Part shown: positions 51,529 through 61,150 of the stretch, one piece after another
Position numbering within the stretch: position 1 is the first letter of the stretch
Layout of the letters: each line of letters begins with the position of its first letter
Assembly (NCBI GenBank): GCA_002329325.1
Contig: DCTX01000078.1
Coordinates: forward strand, 4,198-68,197
Source: Anaerolineales bacterium UBA1429
GTDB taxonomy: Bacteria; Chloroflexota; Anaerolineae; UBA1429
Reading direction: 5' to 3'
Length of the DNA stretch: 64,000 nt
Position numbers and translations under genes: made by a program
The notes under the pieces: model-generated
Told to the model about the DNA's origin: nothing
Database searches by the model: none
What the model saw: the letters and a program-made list of their open reading frames with translations, nothing else

Positions 51529-52644
51529 ATGGTTTCTCTGCGCCGTTTCGATTGGCTGCTCTTTTTGCCGATGCTCCTCATCTCCGCCGTCGGTTGCGCG
51601 ATGATCTATAGCGCCTACGAGATCTCGCTGGCCGATGGCCCCAGGTCGGGGCTGGAGAACCTGGCGCTGCGTCAGGCGTTCTTTCTCGGCGTCGGCCTGG
51701 TGGGCTACCTGGTGGCGGCGGCGCTGGATTACCGGTTCTGGGTGGCGGCAGCGCGTTGGCTCTATCCTCTGATCATCGCCATGCTGCTGTTCACCCTGGC
51801 CATTGCCGACCCCACCTTTGGGACGCGGGCCTGGCTGAACATCGGCATCTTTGGCATCCAGCCTTCCGAGTTCGGCAAGATCCTCCTGATCATCGTATTT
51901 GCCCAGGTGTTGGGCGCCGAGACGCGCAGCCTGGAGAGCCCCGTCCCGTTTCTGGTTTCGGCGGTGCTGTTGTTGCCCGTCGTCTTGCTGGTCTATCTCC
52001 AGGTGGATTTCGGCATGGCGCTGATGATGGCCATCGTCTGGGCGGGGATGGTCTTTCTGGCCGGGGTGCGTTGGCGCCACCTGGCGGTGGTGGCCACGGC
52101 GGGAGCGGCGGTGATCCCGCTGGTCTGGTTCCAGCTCGAGGATTATATGCGAGGGCGCGTCTTCTCCTTCCTCTATCCCGGTCAGGACCCTTCCGGCGCA
52201 AGCTATAATGTGAACCAGGCGCTCATCAGCATCGGCTCGGGGGGATGGTGGGGCAAGGGGTTCGGCCAGGGCACTCAGAGCCAGCTCCAGTTCCTGCGCG
52301 TTCGCCACACCGATTTCATCTTTTCCGTATTCTGCGAGGAGTTTGGGTTTATCGGCGCGATCCTGCTGATCTCGCTCTTTGCGGTGTTGGTGTTGCGCCT
52401 GATCCGCATCGCCGACGGCGCACAAGACCGGGCCGGGCGGCTCATCGTCAGCGGCGTCGCCGTCAGCCTGTTCGTTCAGGTGTTCATCAATCTCGGCATG
52501 AACGCCAGTATTCTGCCGGTTACCGGCCTGCCGCTTCCTATGGTAAGCTATGGAGGCAGCTCTCTGATTGCGAACATGGTGGCGTTGGGATTGGCGCAGA
52601 GCGTAGCGATGCGCCAAAGGCCGCCGGATAACCCGCTGCTCTAG
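51529..52644 (+). CDS. rodA: Rod shape-determining SEDS glycosyltransferase RodA
   Basis: FDWLLFLPMLLISAVGCAMIYSA, QPSEFGK, TDFIFSVFCEEFGF and PLPMVSYGGSS (FtsW/RodA/SpoVE family). Confidence 0.9.
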   Translation: MVSLRRFDWLLFLPMLLISAVGCAMIYSAYEISLADGPRSGLENLALRQAFFLGVGLVGYLVAAALDYRFWVAAARWLYPLIIAMLLFTLAIADPTFGTRAWLNIGIFGIQPSEFGKILLIIVFAQVLGAETRSLESPVPFLVSAVLLLPVVLLVYLQVDFGMALMMAIVWAGMVFLAGVRWRHLAVVATAGAAVIPLVWFQLEDYMRGRVFSFLYPGQDPSGASYNVNQALISIGSGGWWGKGFGQGTQSQLQFLRVRHTDFIFSVFCEEFGFIGAILLISLFAVLVLRLIRIADGAQDRAGRLIVSGVAVSLFVQVFINLGMNASILPVTGLPLPMVSYGGSSLIANMVALGLAQSVAMRQRPPDNPLL

Positions 52645-52664
52645 GTTGCGAGGGAGAAACGATC

Positions 52665-54152
52665 ATGACGAATTCGATGGTGCGCGTGCGCTTTGCCCCC
52701 AGCCCGACGGGCTACTTTCACCTGGGTGGCGCTCGCACCGCTCTGTATAACTGGCTCTTTGCCCGGCACAATGGCGGCTCCTTCATCCTGCGCGTGGAGG
52801 ACACCGATCGCACCCGCTACCATCCGGACGCCCTGACGGACCTGATGGAGAGCCTGCGCTGGCTGGGCCTCTGCTGGGACGAGGGACCCGACATGGGCGG
52901 CCCCTATGGCCCGTACTACCAATCGGACCGGGTCGAGCTGTACCATCAGTACGCGGAGCAGTTGATCCGCGATGGCAGGGCGTATCGCTGTTACTGCTCG
53001 CCCGAGCGCCTGGCGGCCCTGCGAGAGGAGCAGCGCCAGAGGAAGGAAAAGCCCGGCTACGACCGGCATTGCCGCCATCTCACCAGCGCCCAGATCGCCC
53101 AGTACGAGGCCGAGGGGGTGCGCCCGGTGGTGCGCTTGATGGCCCCCACCGAAGGGCAGACCGCCTTTGACGACCTGCTCCGCGGCCGCATCGTGGTGGA
53201 CAATGCCGAGCTGGACGACCTGGTGCTGCTCAAGTCGGACGGATTCCCCACCTATCACCTGGCCGTGGTCGTGGACGATCACCTGATGGAGATCAGCCAT
53301 GTGCTGCGCGGCGAGGAGTGGCTCTCCTCGGCGCCCAATACCGTGTTGCTCTATGATGCCTTTGGCTGGCAGATCCCGCCGCACATTCACCTGCCGACGA
53401 TTCTGGACCCCTCGGGCAAGGGCAAGTTGAGCAAGCGAAAGAAGCGCAATCCCGACGAGCCCGAGATGCTCACCTTCATCCACGAGTTCCGCCGGGCGGG
53501 CTACCTGCCCGAGGCGATGGTCAACTTCTTGGCGCTGGTGGGCTGGTCGTACGATGCCGAGACCGAGTTCTTTACGCGGCAGGAGCTCATCCGCTACTTT
53601 GATCTGGAACAGGTCAGCAAGTCGCCTGCCGCCTTTGCCTATGACAAGCTGGGGCACATGAACGCCGTCTACATCCGGGGCTTGGGCGACAACGACCTGG
53701 CCAACCGGATGCTGCAGGCCTTGCGCGGCGCCGGCCTGGACGCCGACTTTGCCACGGTGCTGCGCTTTACCCCCCTGGTCAAGGAGCGCGTCCGCCTTCT
53801 GAGCGAGGCGACCGAGTGGCTGGGGTTCGCTTTCCGCGAGGAGATCGAGGTGGACCCCGCGGAGGTGATGCAGAAGGGGATGGGCCGCGAGGGCACCATA
53901 CAGGCCTTGCGCGCCACGGCGGAGGCGCTTCAGGCCCTCCCCGAGTATCGAGATGTGGCCATCGAAGAGGCGCTGCGGGCCCTGGTCGAGGCGGCCGGAG
54001 CCAAGCCGCGGGAGTTCTTTGGGGCGCTGCGCTCCGCGGTCACGGGCCAGCGGGTTTCGCCGCCGCTGTTTGAGACCATGGCCATCCTGGGGCGGGAGAG
54101 GGTGATCCGGCGGCTCTATCGCGCCGCCGAGACCCTGGCCAACGCGCAATAG
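52665..54152 (+). CDS. gltX: Glutamate--tRNA ligase
   Basis: VRFAPSPTGYFHLGGARTALYNWLFA (HIGH region) and KLSKRK (KMSKS region). Confidence 0.95.
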   Translation: MTNSMVRVRFAPSPTGYFHLGGARTALYNWLFARHNGGSFILRVEDTDRTRYHPDALTDLMESLRWLGLCWDEGPDMGGPYGPYYQSDRVELYHQYAEQLIRDGRAYRCYCSPERLAALREEQRQRKEKPGYDRHCRHLTSAQIAQYEAEGVRPVVRLMAPTEGQTAFDDLLRGRIVVDNAELDDLVLLKSDGFPTYHLAVVVDDHLMEISHVLRGEEWLSSAPNTVLLYDAFGWQIPPHIHLPTILDPSGKGKLSKRKKRNPDEPEMLTFIHEFRRAGYLPEAMVNFLALVGWSYDAETEFFTRQELIRYFDLEQVSKSPAAFAYDKLGHMNAVYIRGLGDNDLANRMLQALRGAGLDADFATVLRFTPLVKERVRLLSEATEWLGFAFREEIEVDPAEVMQKGMGREGTIQALRATAEALQALPEYRDVAIEEALRALVEAAGAKPREFFGALRSAVTGQRVSPPLFETMAILGRERVIRRLYRAAETLANAQ

Positions 54153-54169
54153 CTTCCTGAGGAGAAGCC

Positions 54170-54946
54170 ATGCCGGACCTCACCCTCCGATCGCAGATCG
54201 CGTATGCCCGCGAGGGGCTCGACACGGGCGATCCACGGCGCGCCCTCAACGTGGGGCGCCGCATCCTGGAGGCGTTCCCTCGCTGTGTGGCAGCCTATGC
54301 TCTGCTGGGCGAGGCGTTGCTCCGCCTGGATTCCCTGGAACAGGCGGAAGACCTGCTGCTGCGGGCCTGGGGCGTCTGCCCCGAGATGACGTCGGCCTGC
54401 CTGGGGCTGGCCGCCATCGCGGAGAGGCGCGGGGATCGCGCTGCCGCGCGGGCCTGGCGGGAGCGGGCCGGGGAGGCCCCGACCGGGGGCCAGGAGGCCG
54501 CGCTCAGCCGCACGGGCCTGGTTCGTCTCTGGTTGCGCCAGGGGCTGGCCGCCCACGCCGTGCGCGAGCTGCGCGCACTGTTGGCGGAACAGCCCGAACG
54601 CTATGACCTGCAGGTGACCCTGGCGGAGGCGCTCTGGCGCGCGGAGGCGGAGGGAGAGGCGGCAGAGCTGGCAGAGGAGATCCTGGCGGCGCACCCCCAG
54701 TGCCTCAAGGCGCTCCTGATTGCGGGCAAGTATTGGCTGCACGGCCGGCGAGACGCCCAGGCGCGCCGGTGGCTGCAGGAGGCTCAGGCGCTGGATCCCG
54801 ATAACGCCACGGCCCAGGAGCTGTTTGGCGCGGCCGCGCCCCTGCCGCCCCGGGTGGTGCGGCTGCCCTACCGCGAGGAGGAACTGCCCCCCCTCGACCT
54901 GCCCTGGGATCGCGATGCGGATAGCCCGTCGGAAGGGGCGGCCTAG
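54170..54946 (+). CDS. TPR-repeat protein
   Basis: Repeated A/L-rich 34-mers (ALLGEALLRLDSLEQAEDLLLRAW..., AKYWLHGRRDAQARRWLQEAQALDPDN). Confidence 0.7.
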   Translation: MPDLTLRSQIAYAREGLDTGDPRRALNVGRRILEAFPRCVAAYALLGEALLRLDSLEQAEDLLLRAWGVCPEMTSACLGLAAIAERRGDRAAARAWRERAGEAPTGGQEAALSRTGLVRLWLRQGLAAHAVRELRALLAEQPERYDLQVTLAEALWRAEAEGEAAELAEEILAAHPQCLKALLIAGKYWLHGRRDAQARRWLQEAQALDPDNATAQELFGAAAPLPPRVVRLPYREEELPPLDLPWDRDADSPSEGAA

Positions 54947-55085
54947 GAGCGCGGGTTTCGAGATGAAGGCGCCCCGGGCGCCTGGCACGGTGGTGAAACG
55001 GGCCGACCTGACGCCTTGGCGCCAGGATCGCCCGAATCTGTTTTCAGAGTAGCAAGCCCAGTACAAGAGAGGTATGGAACAGGTC

Positions 55086-55535
55086 ATGGAACGCACATTG
55101 GTCATCGTCAAGCCGGACGGGGTGCAGCGAGGGCTCATCGGGGAGATCACGGGGCGGCTGGAGCGCCGCGGCCTCAAGCTGGTGGGCATGAAGCTCATGC
55201 AGATCAGCCGCGAACTGGCCGAGACGCATTACAGTGTTCACAAGGGCAAGCCGTTCTACGACGGACTGATCACCTATATCACCTCGGCCCCTGTGGTGGT
55301 GCAGGTGTGGGAAGGGCCCAACGCCATTGCGGCGGTGCGGCGCACCCTGGGCGCCACCAACCCCACCGAGGCGAACCCGGGCACCATCCGCGCTGACTAT
55401 GGCCTGGATGTGGAACGCAACCTGACCCATGGCTCGGATGGCCCCGAGACGGCTGCCCGCGAGATCGCCCTCTTCTTCCAGCCTGAGGAACTGCTGACGT
55501 GGTCGCGCTGCACCGATCCGTGGATCCTGGGCTAG
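55086..55535 (+). CDS. ndk: Nucleoside-diphosphate kinase
   Basis: [21 protein letters not shown]...NLTHGSD (catalytic His context). Alternative ATG at 55074. Confidence 0.95.
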   Translation: MERTLVIVKPDGVQRGLIGEITGRLERRGLKLVGMKLMQISRELAETHYSVHKGKPFYDGLITYITSAPVVVQVWEGPNAIAAVRRTLGATNPTEANPGTIRADYGLDVERNLTHGSDGPETAAREIALFFQPEELLTWSRCTDPWILG

Positions 55536-55861
55536 GCGATGCGCACCACCGTTTTGGCGGCGCTCCACAGTTGTTCCAGCCGGTAGAAGGCGCGCTGTTC
55601 GGGCGAGAAGAGGTGTACCACCACAGCGCCATAGTCGAGCAGCAGCCAGCCCGAGTTGCTGCCCTCGACGGATAGGGGGCGCAGGGCGAACTCGTCGCGC
55701 ATGTGCTCGGTGACGTGCTCCACGATCGCCCGTCGCTGACGCTCCGTCTCGCCCGTGGCGATGACGAAATAGTCGGCGATGGTGGTCACCTCCGCGATAT
55801 CCAGCAGAAGGATGTCAGAGGCCATCACCCCTGTCATCAGGTCAATGATGGCGTGCGCCAT
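55532..55861 (-). CDS. rsfS: Ribosome silencing factor
   Basis: [31 protein letters not shown]...[28 protein letters not shown]. Confidence 0.9.
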   Translation of the reverse strand: MAHAIIDLMTGVMASDILLLDIAEVTTIADYFVIATGETERQRRAIVEHVTEHMRDEFALRPLSVEGSNSGWLLLDYGAVVVHLFSPEQRAFYRLEQLWSAAKTVVRIA

Positions 55862-56019
55862 CTCGTTGGGTTCCAGAGCGTTCCTCCTGTTGCAGAGTGT
55901 GGGGCGCGCCGTGTAGCGCCTGACCCCCTTGTATAGGGGGATTGTACCATAGGCCGTTTTCAGCGTAAACTGATCGCAGCGAGGGTGGCTGTGCGCGCGC
56001 CCGCAGGGGGAGGGTTCTT

Positions 56020-57075
56020 GTGCGACTAGCCGAAGTGCAGACCCGCTTTCTCAAGAGCTTTGGCCGGCTCTTTCCTCAGTTCAAGTTTCGTGGCATTCGC
56101 CACTTTCCCGCGCGCTCTCGCGATCCCTTCCAGCTGGCGTTGCGCCTGGCCTTTGGCCAGCCCGAGGTCGAGCTGGACATGCTCTGCGTGTTCCTGCCCA
56201 CGGGCGAGCCCGGCGAAGTGCGCCACTTTTTGGCCCAGATCGCCCTGGCCGCCGAGGACGCGCTGCGCGGCCAGGGACTGGCGGTGCTCGTCGCCCCCCG
56301 GCTGGAACGCGAAGCACAGATGCTCTGCCGAGAGGCGGGCGTGGGCTACTTTGACCTTGCGGGTAGCGCGGGCCTGCAAACGCCGCAGCTCTATGTCGAG
56401 ATCGCCGGCGAGAGGGTCACCTCCGATCAAAAGCGCATCATCCAGACCCCCTTTGAGGGCAAGTCCGAACGGGTGGTGCGTCGCCTGCTGCTGGAGCCAG
56501 GGCGCGTGTGGAGCATGCGCGATCTGGCGGCCGCCGCCGACGTGAGCCTGGGCCTCGCCAGCATGGTCACCACCACCCTCACCGAGCTGGGCGGCGTGCT
56601 CAAGGGGCGCAGCGGCCTCTCGGTGATGGACCCCGGCCTTCTGCTGGACGCCTGGTCCGACCGATACGACCTGCGGCGCAGCCTCTTTCACACCTGGCGC
56701 TCGGACAAGGACTCCGAGCTGCTTCAGGTCGAGCTAGGGAGCCTGCGCCTGCCCGCCGACCAACGCTATGCCCTCACCCTCTGGTCGGGGGCGCAGAGGC
56801 TGTTGCCCTTTGACGAGCCCACCAACTACCTGGCGCTCTACTGGTCCGGCGAGCCCCAGGATCTGGCCGAGCGGCTGCGCCTTTCGGAGGCGGTGGGGCG
56901 CACGGCGGTCTTTATCTTTACGCCCTACGACGAGGCTGTCTTTTGGGAGGCCCGACGCTGCCGCGATGGCACCATGGTGGCGCACCCGCTGCAGGTCTAC
57001 CTGGACCTGGCTTCAGGGGATGAGAACGAGGTGCTTCTGGCTCAACGGGTGCGCGAGCGTTTCCTGGCGCGCTGA
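56020..57075 (+). CDS. Hypothetical protein: nuclease-fold-like N-terminus, winged HTH, AbiEi-C-terminal-like region
   Basis: GTG 56020 follows GGAGGG. The middle SERVVRRLLLEPGRVWSMRDLAAAADVSLGLASMVTTTLTELG is HTH-like. The C-terminus VAHPLQVYLDLASGDE resembles the end of AbiEi-type antitoxins. The assignment is weak. Confidence 0.5.
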   Translation: MRLAEVQTRFLKSFGRLFPQFKFRGIRHFPARSRDPFQLALRLAFGQPEVELDMLCVFLPTGEPGEVRHFLAQIALAAEDALRGQGLAVLVAPRLEREAQMLCREAGVGYFDLAGSAGLQTPQLYVEIAGERVTSDQKRIIQTPFEGKSERVVRRLLLEPGRVWSMRDLAAAADVSLGLASMVTTTLTELGGVLKGRSGLSVMDPGLLLDAWSDRYDLRRSLFHTWRSDKDSELLQVELGSLRLPADQRYALTLWSGAQRLLPFDEPTNYLALYWSGEPQDLAERLRLSEAVGRTAVFIFTPYDEAVFWEARRCRDGTMVAHPLQVYLDLASGDENEVLLAQRVRERFLAR

Positions 57076-58067
57076 GGCGTGGCCGCGCACTGGCAAATCG
57101 CCAGGATGAGCAGCTCCAGCGATAGCACCGGCTCGACCTGGCCCGTCTTGATGCCGCGATCGATCTCCACGATGCGCTCCATCAGGGCAGCCAGGTCGTC
57201 AAAGGAGTAGAGCCCGCTCTGCCGGACGAGCTTCTCGGCCACAAAGGCCCGGACGCCCAAACGTCTGCTGAGGGCGGCCCGGTCAAGGCCCTCGTTCTCT
57301 TGCAGGTCCTTGGCCGCCAGGATCAGGCGCATCTGCCGGGCGATCATGCTCAACAGGTAGAGGGGCGCGGCGTCGTTACTCAGCAGCGTGTGGAAGAGGT
57401 TGAGCGCTGTGCGATGGTCGCCCAAGCCCAGGGCGTCCACCATGCCAAAGATATCGGTCTGCGGCCAGGAGCTCACCAGGGTGCGCACGTCCTCGACGCG
57501 GATCGAGCCCTGGTAGGCGATCCGCCCGGCAAGCTTGGCCAGCTCCTGATCCAGCGCGCGCAGGTTGTTGCCCACCATCTCGATCAGCAGCGTGACGGCC
57601 TGGGGCTCGATGGAAACCCCGTGGGTGTGGGTGCGCCCGGCCACCCAGCGGCGCAGCTCCTCGCTCCTGGCGGGATACTGGGTGTATTCGCGGATGATGG
57701 CGCCCGGCAGGTCTTTGGCCTTGGCCAGCAAGACGTTGTTCTTGGCCAGGCCGCCCGATTCCACAAAGACCAGGCGCGTGGTCTCAGGCATGGTGGGCAG
57801 GTAATCGGCCAACTGCTGGGCCTCTTGGGCCATGTTGGCGCGGTCGTAGCGCTGCAGCATATCATAGACGATCACCATGCGGCGCTGGGTCAAGAAGGGC
57901 AGCGTGTTGCAGGCGTTCAAGAGCTCGGCCAGGGATAGGTCGCGCCCCTCCAGGCTGGCCGTGTTGAGATCGCCCAGGTCTTCCTCTGCCATGCGCGTGC
58001 GCAGGCTGAGGACGGCCTCTGTGCGCAAGAGCTCCTCATCGCCGTAAAAGATGTAGAACATGCTCAC
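57042..58067 (-). CDS. holA: DNA polymerase III subunit delta
   Basis: MFYIFYGDEELL...LEGRDLSLAELLNACNTLPFLTQRRMVIV...LDQELAKL is the typical HolA organisation. Its 3' end overlaps the convergent upstream gene by 34 nt. Confidence 0.85.
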   Translation of the reverse strand: MSMFYIFYGDEELLRTEAVLSLRTRMAEEDLGDLNTASLEGRDLSLAELLNACNTLPFLTQRRMVIVYDMLQRYDRANMAQEAQQLADYLPTMPETTRLVFVESGGLAKNNVLLAKAKDLPGAIIREYTQYPARSEELRRWVAGRTHTHGVSIEPQAVTLLIEMVGNNLRALDQELAKLAGRIAYQGSIRVEDVRTLVSSWPQTDIFGMVDALGLGDHRTALNLFHTLLSNDAAPLYLLSMIARQMRLILAAKDLQENEGLDRAALSRRLGVRAFVAEKLVRQSGLYSFDDLAALMERIVEIDRGIKTGQVEPVLSLELLILAICQCAATPQRARKRSRTR

Positions 58068-58549
58068 TGCTGCGAGATGCTGACGCGGTGCACGGGCACC
58101 CCGCCCTGCATGCGCTTCTCGATGGCGGTGACCGTGGCGTGGGATAGGTCGGTGTTGGTGAACAGGTTAGCCTGGGCGGCGCGGCTGAGGGGCTGGCCAA
58201 GGGAGGCAACTGCCGCTATCATAGCAAGGGCCAGCAGGTGAGGCGAGCGCCGGCGGCCGCCGGCTGAAAAGAGCTTGTAGGTCGTCAGGGCCAACAGGGC
58301 TGTCACGGCCAGGTTGGTGCCGCAGCGCGGGTGCACCGCCAGGTCGTGCTGGCCGGATTGCAGCGCGCGCAGCCCCTCTTGGGTGGCCCAGGCCAGAGTC
58401 TCGGTGGCCACGTGGCCGTACATGGTAAAGCCATCCCAATCGCTGCGGGCCACCAGGTGCAGCCGCTGCGGGAGCCGCCCCAGCAGGTGCATGGCGGCGT
58501 GCTCGATGGCATGGTTGCGCTGAAACCGCTGAAAGAGCGAAAGCTGCAT
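58064..58549 (-). CDS. Small conserved-looking protein with HxxEH and HPRCGT motifs (DUF6391-like by recollection)
   Basis: Only the last 161 codons of track ORF 58064..59326 look coding. The start is at MQLSLFQRFQRNHAIEHAAMHLL (ATG 58549). The stop overlaps the holA start (ATGA-type, 58064-58067). Confidence 0.55.
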   Translation of the reverse strand: MQLSLFQRFQRNHAIEHAAMHLLGRLPQRLHLVARSDWDGFTMYGHVATETLAWATQEGLRALQSGQHDLAVHPRCGTNLAVTALLALTTYKLFSAGGRRRSPHLLALAMIAAVASLGQPLSRAAQANLFTNTDLSHATVTAIEKRMQGGVPVHRVSISQQ

Positions 58550-58669
58550 AACGTCCGCCTCGGTTGTGGGTTGGATCAGTCGACTGTTACCAGTATAGCA
58601 CAATCGCACGCCCGCCGTAGGCGGGGAGGAAACGACTCGTTCCACACGCTGCGCCAGGGAGGAAGGTCC

Positions 58670-60061
58670 GTGGATCAGATCAAGATCGTCGTGAGCGACC
58701 TGCATCTGGGGGCAGGGCGCGCACAGGAAGGCAACCGGCTGGAGGATTTCGACCAGGATGCGGCCTGGGGCGAACTGCTGGAGCGCCTGATGGCCGAGAG
58801 CCAGCGCCGTCGGGCGCCGGTGGAGCTGATCCTGGCGGGGGATGCTTTCGAGTTCCTTCAGGTGCCTGCCCTGCCGCCGGAGGAGACGTTTGATCCGCAG
58901 CGCGCCTACGCTAGCGAGTTCTATGCCCCCTCCGATAGCGCCTCCTCTCGGCGCAAGATGGAGCTGATCATCCAGGGGCACCCCCGCTTCTTTGAGGCGC
59001 TGGCCACCTTCCTTTCCCTCGCCCCGCAGCGCAAGGTCTGCATCATCAAGGGCAACCACGATGTCAATCTGCATTGGGAGAGCGTGCAGAACGCCCTGCG
59101 CAGCGCCATCGGCGCCGAGGGCGAGCTCCGCCCGTGCCTCGAGTTCGTCGAGCGATACATCTCCCGCGAGGAGATCTATGTCGAGCATGGCAATCAGTAC
59201 CTGGAGTGGGTGAATCGTTGGTCGGATTTCGAGCAGCCCCACGACTCTGCAAATCCGGAGGAGCTCTACATGCCGGCGGGCTCTCGCTTTGTGTACCTCT
59301 TTTTCAACGAGGTCGAGCGGCAGCACGCCTGGATGGATGGGGTCAAGCCGATCACCGCCCTGATCTGGTACTTGCTGGCGCTGGATTTCTCCTTTGCCAT
59401 CCGGGCGCTGCGGTTGCTGTTGCGCCTGGCGCCCACCCTCATCCTGGATAGCCTGCCCCTGGCGTGGGCCCTATCGCGCCTGCTGGAGGCGCGCCAGCAG
59501 ATCGTAGACCGCCTGGATGACCGGGCGCAGATGGCCGCCCTGGAGCGCAATGTCAAGGACCGGGCGACCTTCTATAACGAGAGCGATGCGGGGCTGGAGC
59601 TGTACAGCGTCCCCCGCGAAGGCCAACCGCTGACCCACTTTCGCGCCTTTGGCCACAACGTGCTCCCTCGGGGCCAGGAGGAGCAGCAGGCCCAGCGCGA
59701 TCTGCTTTCGCGCGTGGCGGCGCAAAAGGCGGCCCAGGAAGGCGCGCGCGTGGTGGTCATGGGCCACGTGCACGAGGCCCGCGAGACCGAGCTGCCGGGC
59801 GGGGGCGTCTACATCAACACCGGCACCTGGACCTGGAGCATGGACATGTCGGGCGCTGACTATGCCACCTGGCAGGACCTCTTCCGGCACCCCGAGCGGT
59901 TCATGGGCACGCGCCGCCTGACCTACGCCCGCATCGAGTACGACGCCGAGGGCGCGCCCAGCGCGCGCCTGCTCGAATTCACGCCCAGGCCGCCGGTGCG
60001 ACCGTCGCTCTGGCGCAGCCTGGCCCGCCTGGTGCTGGGGAGAAAGAGCCGCCAGGAGTGA
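58670..60061 (+). CDS. Metallophosphoesterase (calcineurin-like) with internal hydrophobic segments
   Basis: GTG 58670 follows GGGAGGAAGG. VVSDLHLG, AGDAFEF, GNHD, EHGNQY and GHVH motifs appear in canonical order. Confidence 0.8.
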   Translation: MDQIKIVVSDLHLGAGRAQEGNRLEDFDQDAAWGELLERLMAESQRRRAPVELILAGDAFEFLQVPALPPEETFDPQRAYASEFYAPSDSASSRRKMELIIQGHPRFFEALATFLSLAPQRKVCIIKGNHDVNLHWESVQNALRSAIGAEGELRPCLEFVERYISREEIYVEHGNQYLEWVNRWSDFEQPHDSANPEELYMPAGSRFVYLFFNEVERQHAWMDGVKPITALIWYLLALDFSFAIRALRLLLRLAPTLILDSLPLAWALSRLLEARQQIVDRLDDRAQMAALERNVKDRATFYNESDAGLELYSVPREGQPLTHFRAFGHNVLPRGQEEQQAQRDLLSRVAAQKAAQEGARVVVMGHVHEARETELPGGGVYINTGTWTWSMDMSGADYATWQDLFRHPERFMGTRRLTYARIEYDAEGAPSARLLEFTPRPPVRPSLWRSLARLVLGRKSRQE

Positions 60062-60111
60062 GCCGCCCAGGGGCCGGTGAGGCGGGTCTCTTGTACGGAA
60101 GGAGAGGGACA

Positions 60112-60936
60112 GTGCAGAACGAGAAGGGCGGGCTGCGGGTGCAGGTCTTTGGGGCGCACCCCGACGATTGCGACCTGCGGGCAGGAGGGGTGGTGATCAA
60201 GTACGCTCAGGCGGGGCACCTGGTGCAGATGGTATCTCTGACCAACGGCGCCGCCGGGCATCAAGCCATGGGGGGCGCGCCCCTGGCCTGGCGCCGCCGC
60301 CAGGAGGCCGCCGCCGCAGCCGCCTGCCTGGGGTGCGAGTATCTGGTGCTGGATCACCCCGATGGCGGCCTGGCGCCCACCCTGGATGTGCGCACCGAGG
60401 TAGTGCGCCTGATCCGGGGCTTTTGCCCGGACCTGATCCTGGCCCCGCGCCAATGGGACTATCATCCCGACCATCGCGCCACCGCCCAGATCGTGACCGA
60501 TGCGGTGTTCCTGGCCACGGTGCCCAACATCGTCTCGGACATGCCCCACATAGCCCGCATGCCCGTGGTGGCCTATGTCTGGGATGGGTTTCAGCGGCCC
60601 TATCCCTTTGTGCCCGACGTGGTGGTCAGCATAGACGATGCGCTGGAGACCAAGCTATCCGCCCTGCATTGCCATGCCTCGCAGGTGTACGAGTGGCTGC
60701 CCTACAACAGCGGGGCGCTGGATCAGGTGCCCGAGGATGAGGCGGGGCGCCTCGCCTGGCTGCGTGGGTGGTATCTGGCGCGCTCGGCGCACCTGGCCGA
60801 TCAGTATCGGCCCCAGTTGGTGCAACGCTACGGCCCGGAGGAGGGCTATGCCGTGCAGGCCGTGGAGGCCTTTGAGATCAGCGAGTATGGCGCGCCCCTG
60901 ACGCCCGAGGCCGCCGCGCGCCTGTTCCCCTTCTAG
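60112..60936 (+). CDS. PIG-L/LmbE family deacetylase
   Basis: GTG 60112 follows GGAAGGAGAGGG. VFGAHPDDCDL and HPDHRATAQ are zinc-binding motifs. Confidence 0.85.
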   Translation: MQNEKGGLRVQVFGAHPDDCDLRAGGVVIKYAQAGHLVQMVSLTNGAAGHQAMGGAPLAWRRRQEAAAAAACLGCEYLVLDHPDGGLAPTLDVRTEVVRLIRGFCPDLILAPRQWDYHPDHRATAQIVTDAVFLATVPNIVSDMPHIARMPVVAYVWDGFQRPYPFVPDVVVSIDDALETKLSALHCHASQVYEWLPYNSGALDQVPEDEAGRLAWLRGWYLARSAHLADQYRPQLVQRYGPEEGYAVQAVEAFEISEYGAPLTPEAAARLFPF

Positions 60937-61067
60937 CGGGAAAGGGGCGGCCACAAAGTCCGTGCTATGTGCGCGTCGCTCGCCGGTTGGGTGCGTGCCC
61001 AACTCCAACTCGGCAAGCACGGCGCACATATGCGCAACTGCCCCCTGTAGACAAGCGCAGCAGAGCG

Positions 61068-61108
61068 CAAACGACAGGGGCGAAGCTCGTCTTGGCACCT
61101 GTCGTTTG
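61068..61108. terminator. Hairpin in the convergent intergenic region
   Basis: 11-bp stem caaacgacagg / cctgtcgtttg with a 19-nt loop, between stops at 60936 and 61151. Confidence 0.35.
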
Positions 61109-61150
61109 TGACTTGCTGTCACCCTGCCACAGGCTCGGCTTTGAAGGCGC

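Noticed and set aside
48119-54149. Long minus-strand ORFs (617, 303, 369 and 502 aa) opposite mrdA, minC/minD, rodA and gltX, and the 661-aa plus-strand ORF (61184..63169) opposite the ligase and MgtC genes
   Set aside because: All are antisense to genes with strong signatures. None has a credible start context.
58550-59326. N-terminal 259 codons of track ORF 58064..59326
   Set aside because: The upstream part is antisense to the metallophosphoesterase gene and has shadow composition. Only the part from MQLSLFQ (58549) looks coding.
60961-61035. Compound inverted repeats (tatgtgcgc/gcgcacata and gttggg/cccaac) suggesting an sRNA
   Set aside because: The stems are short (9 and 6 bp) in a convergent terminator region. 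There is no promoter-like element, so the evidence is insufficient beyond generic termination structure.
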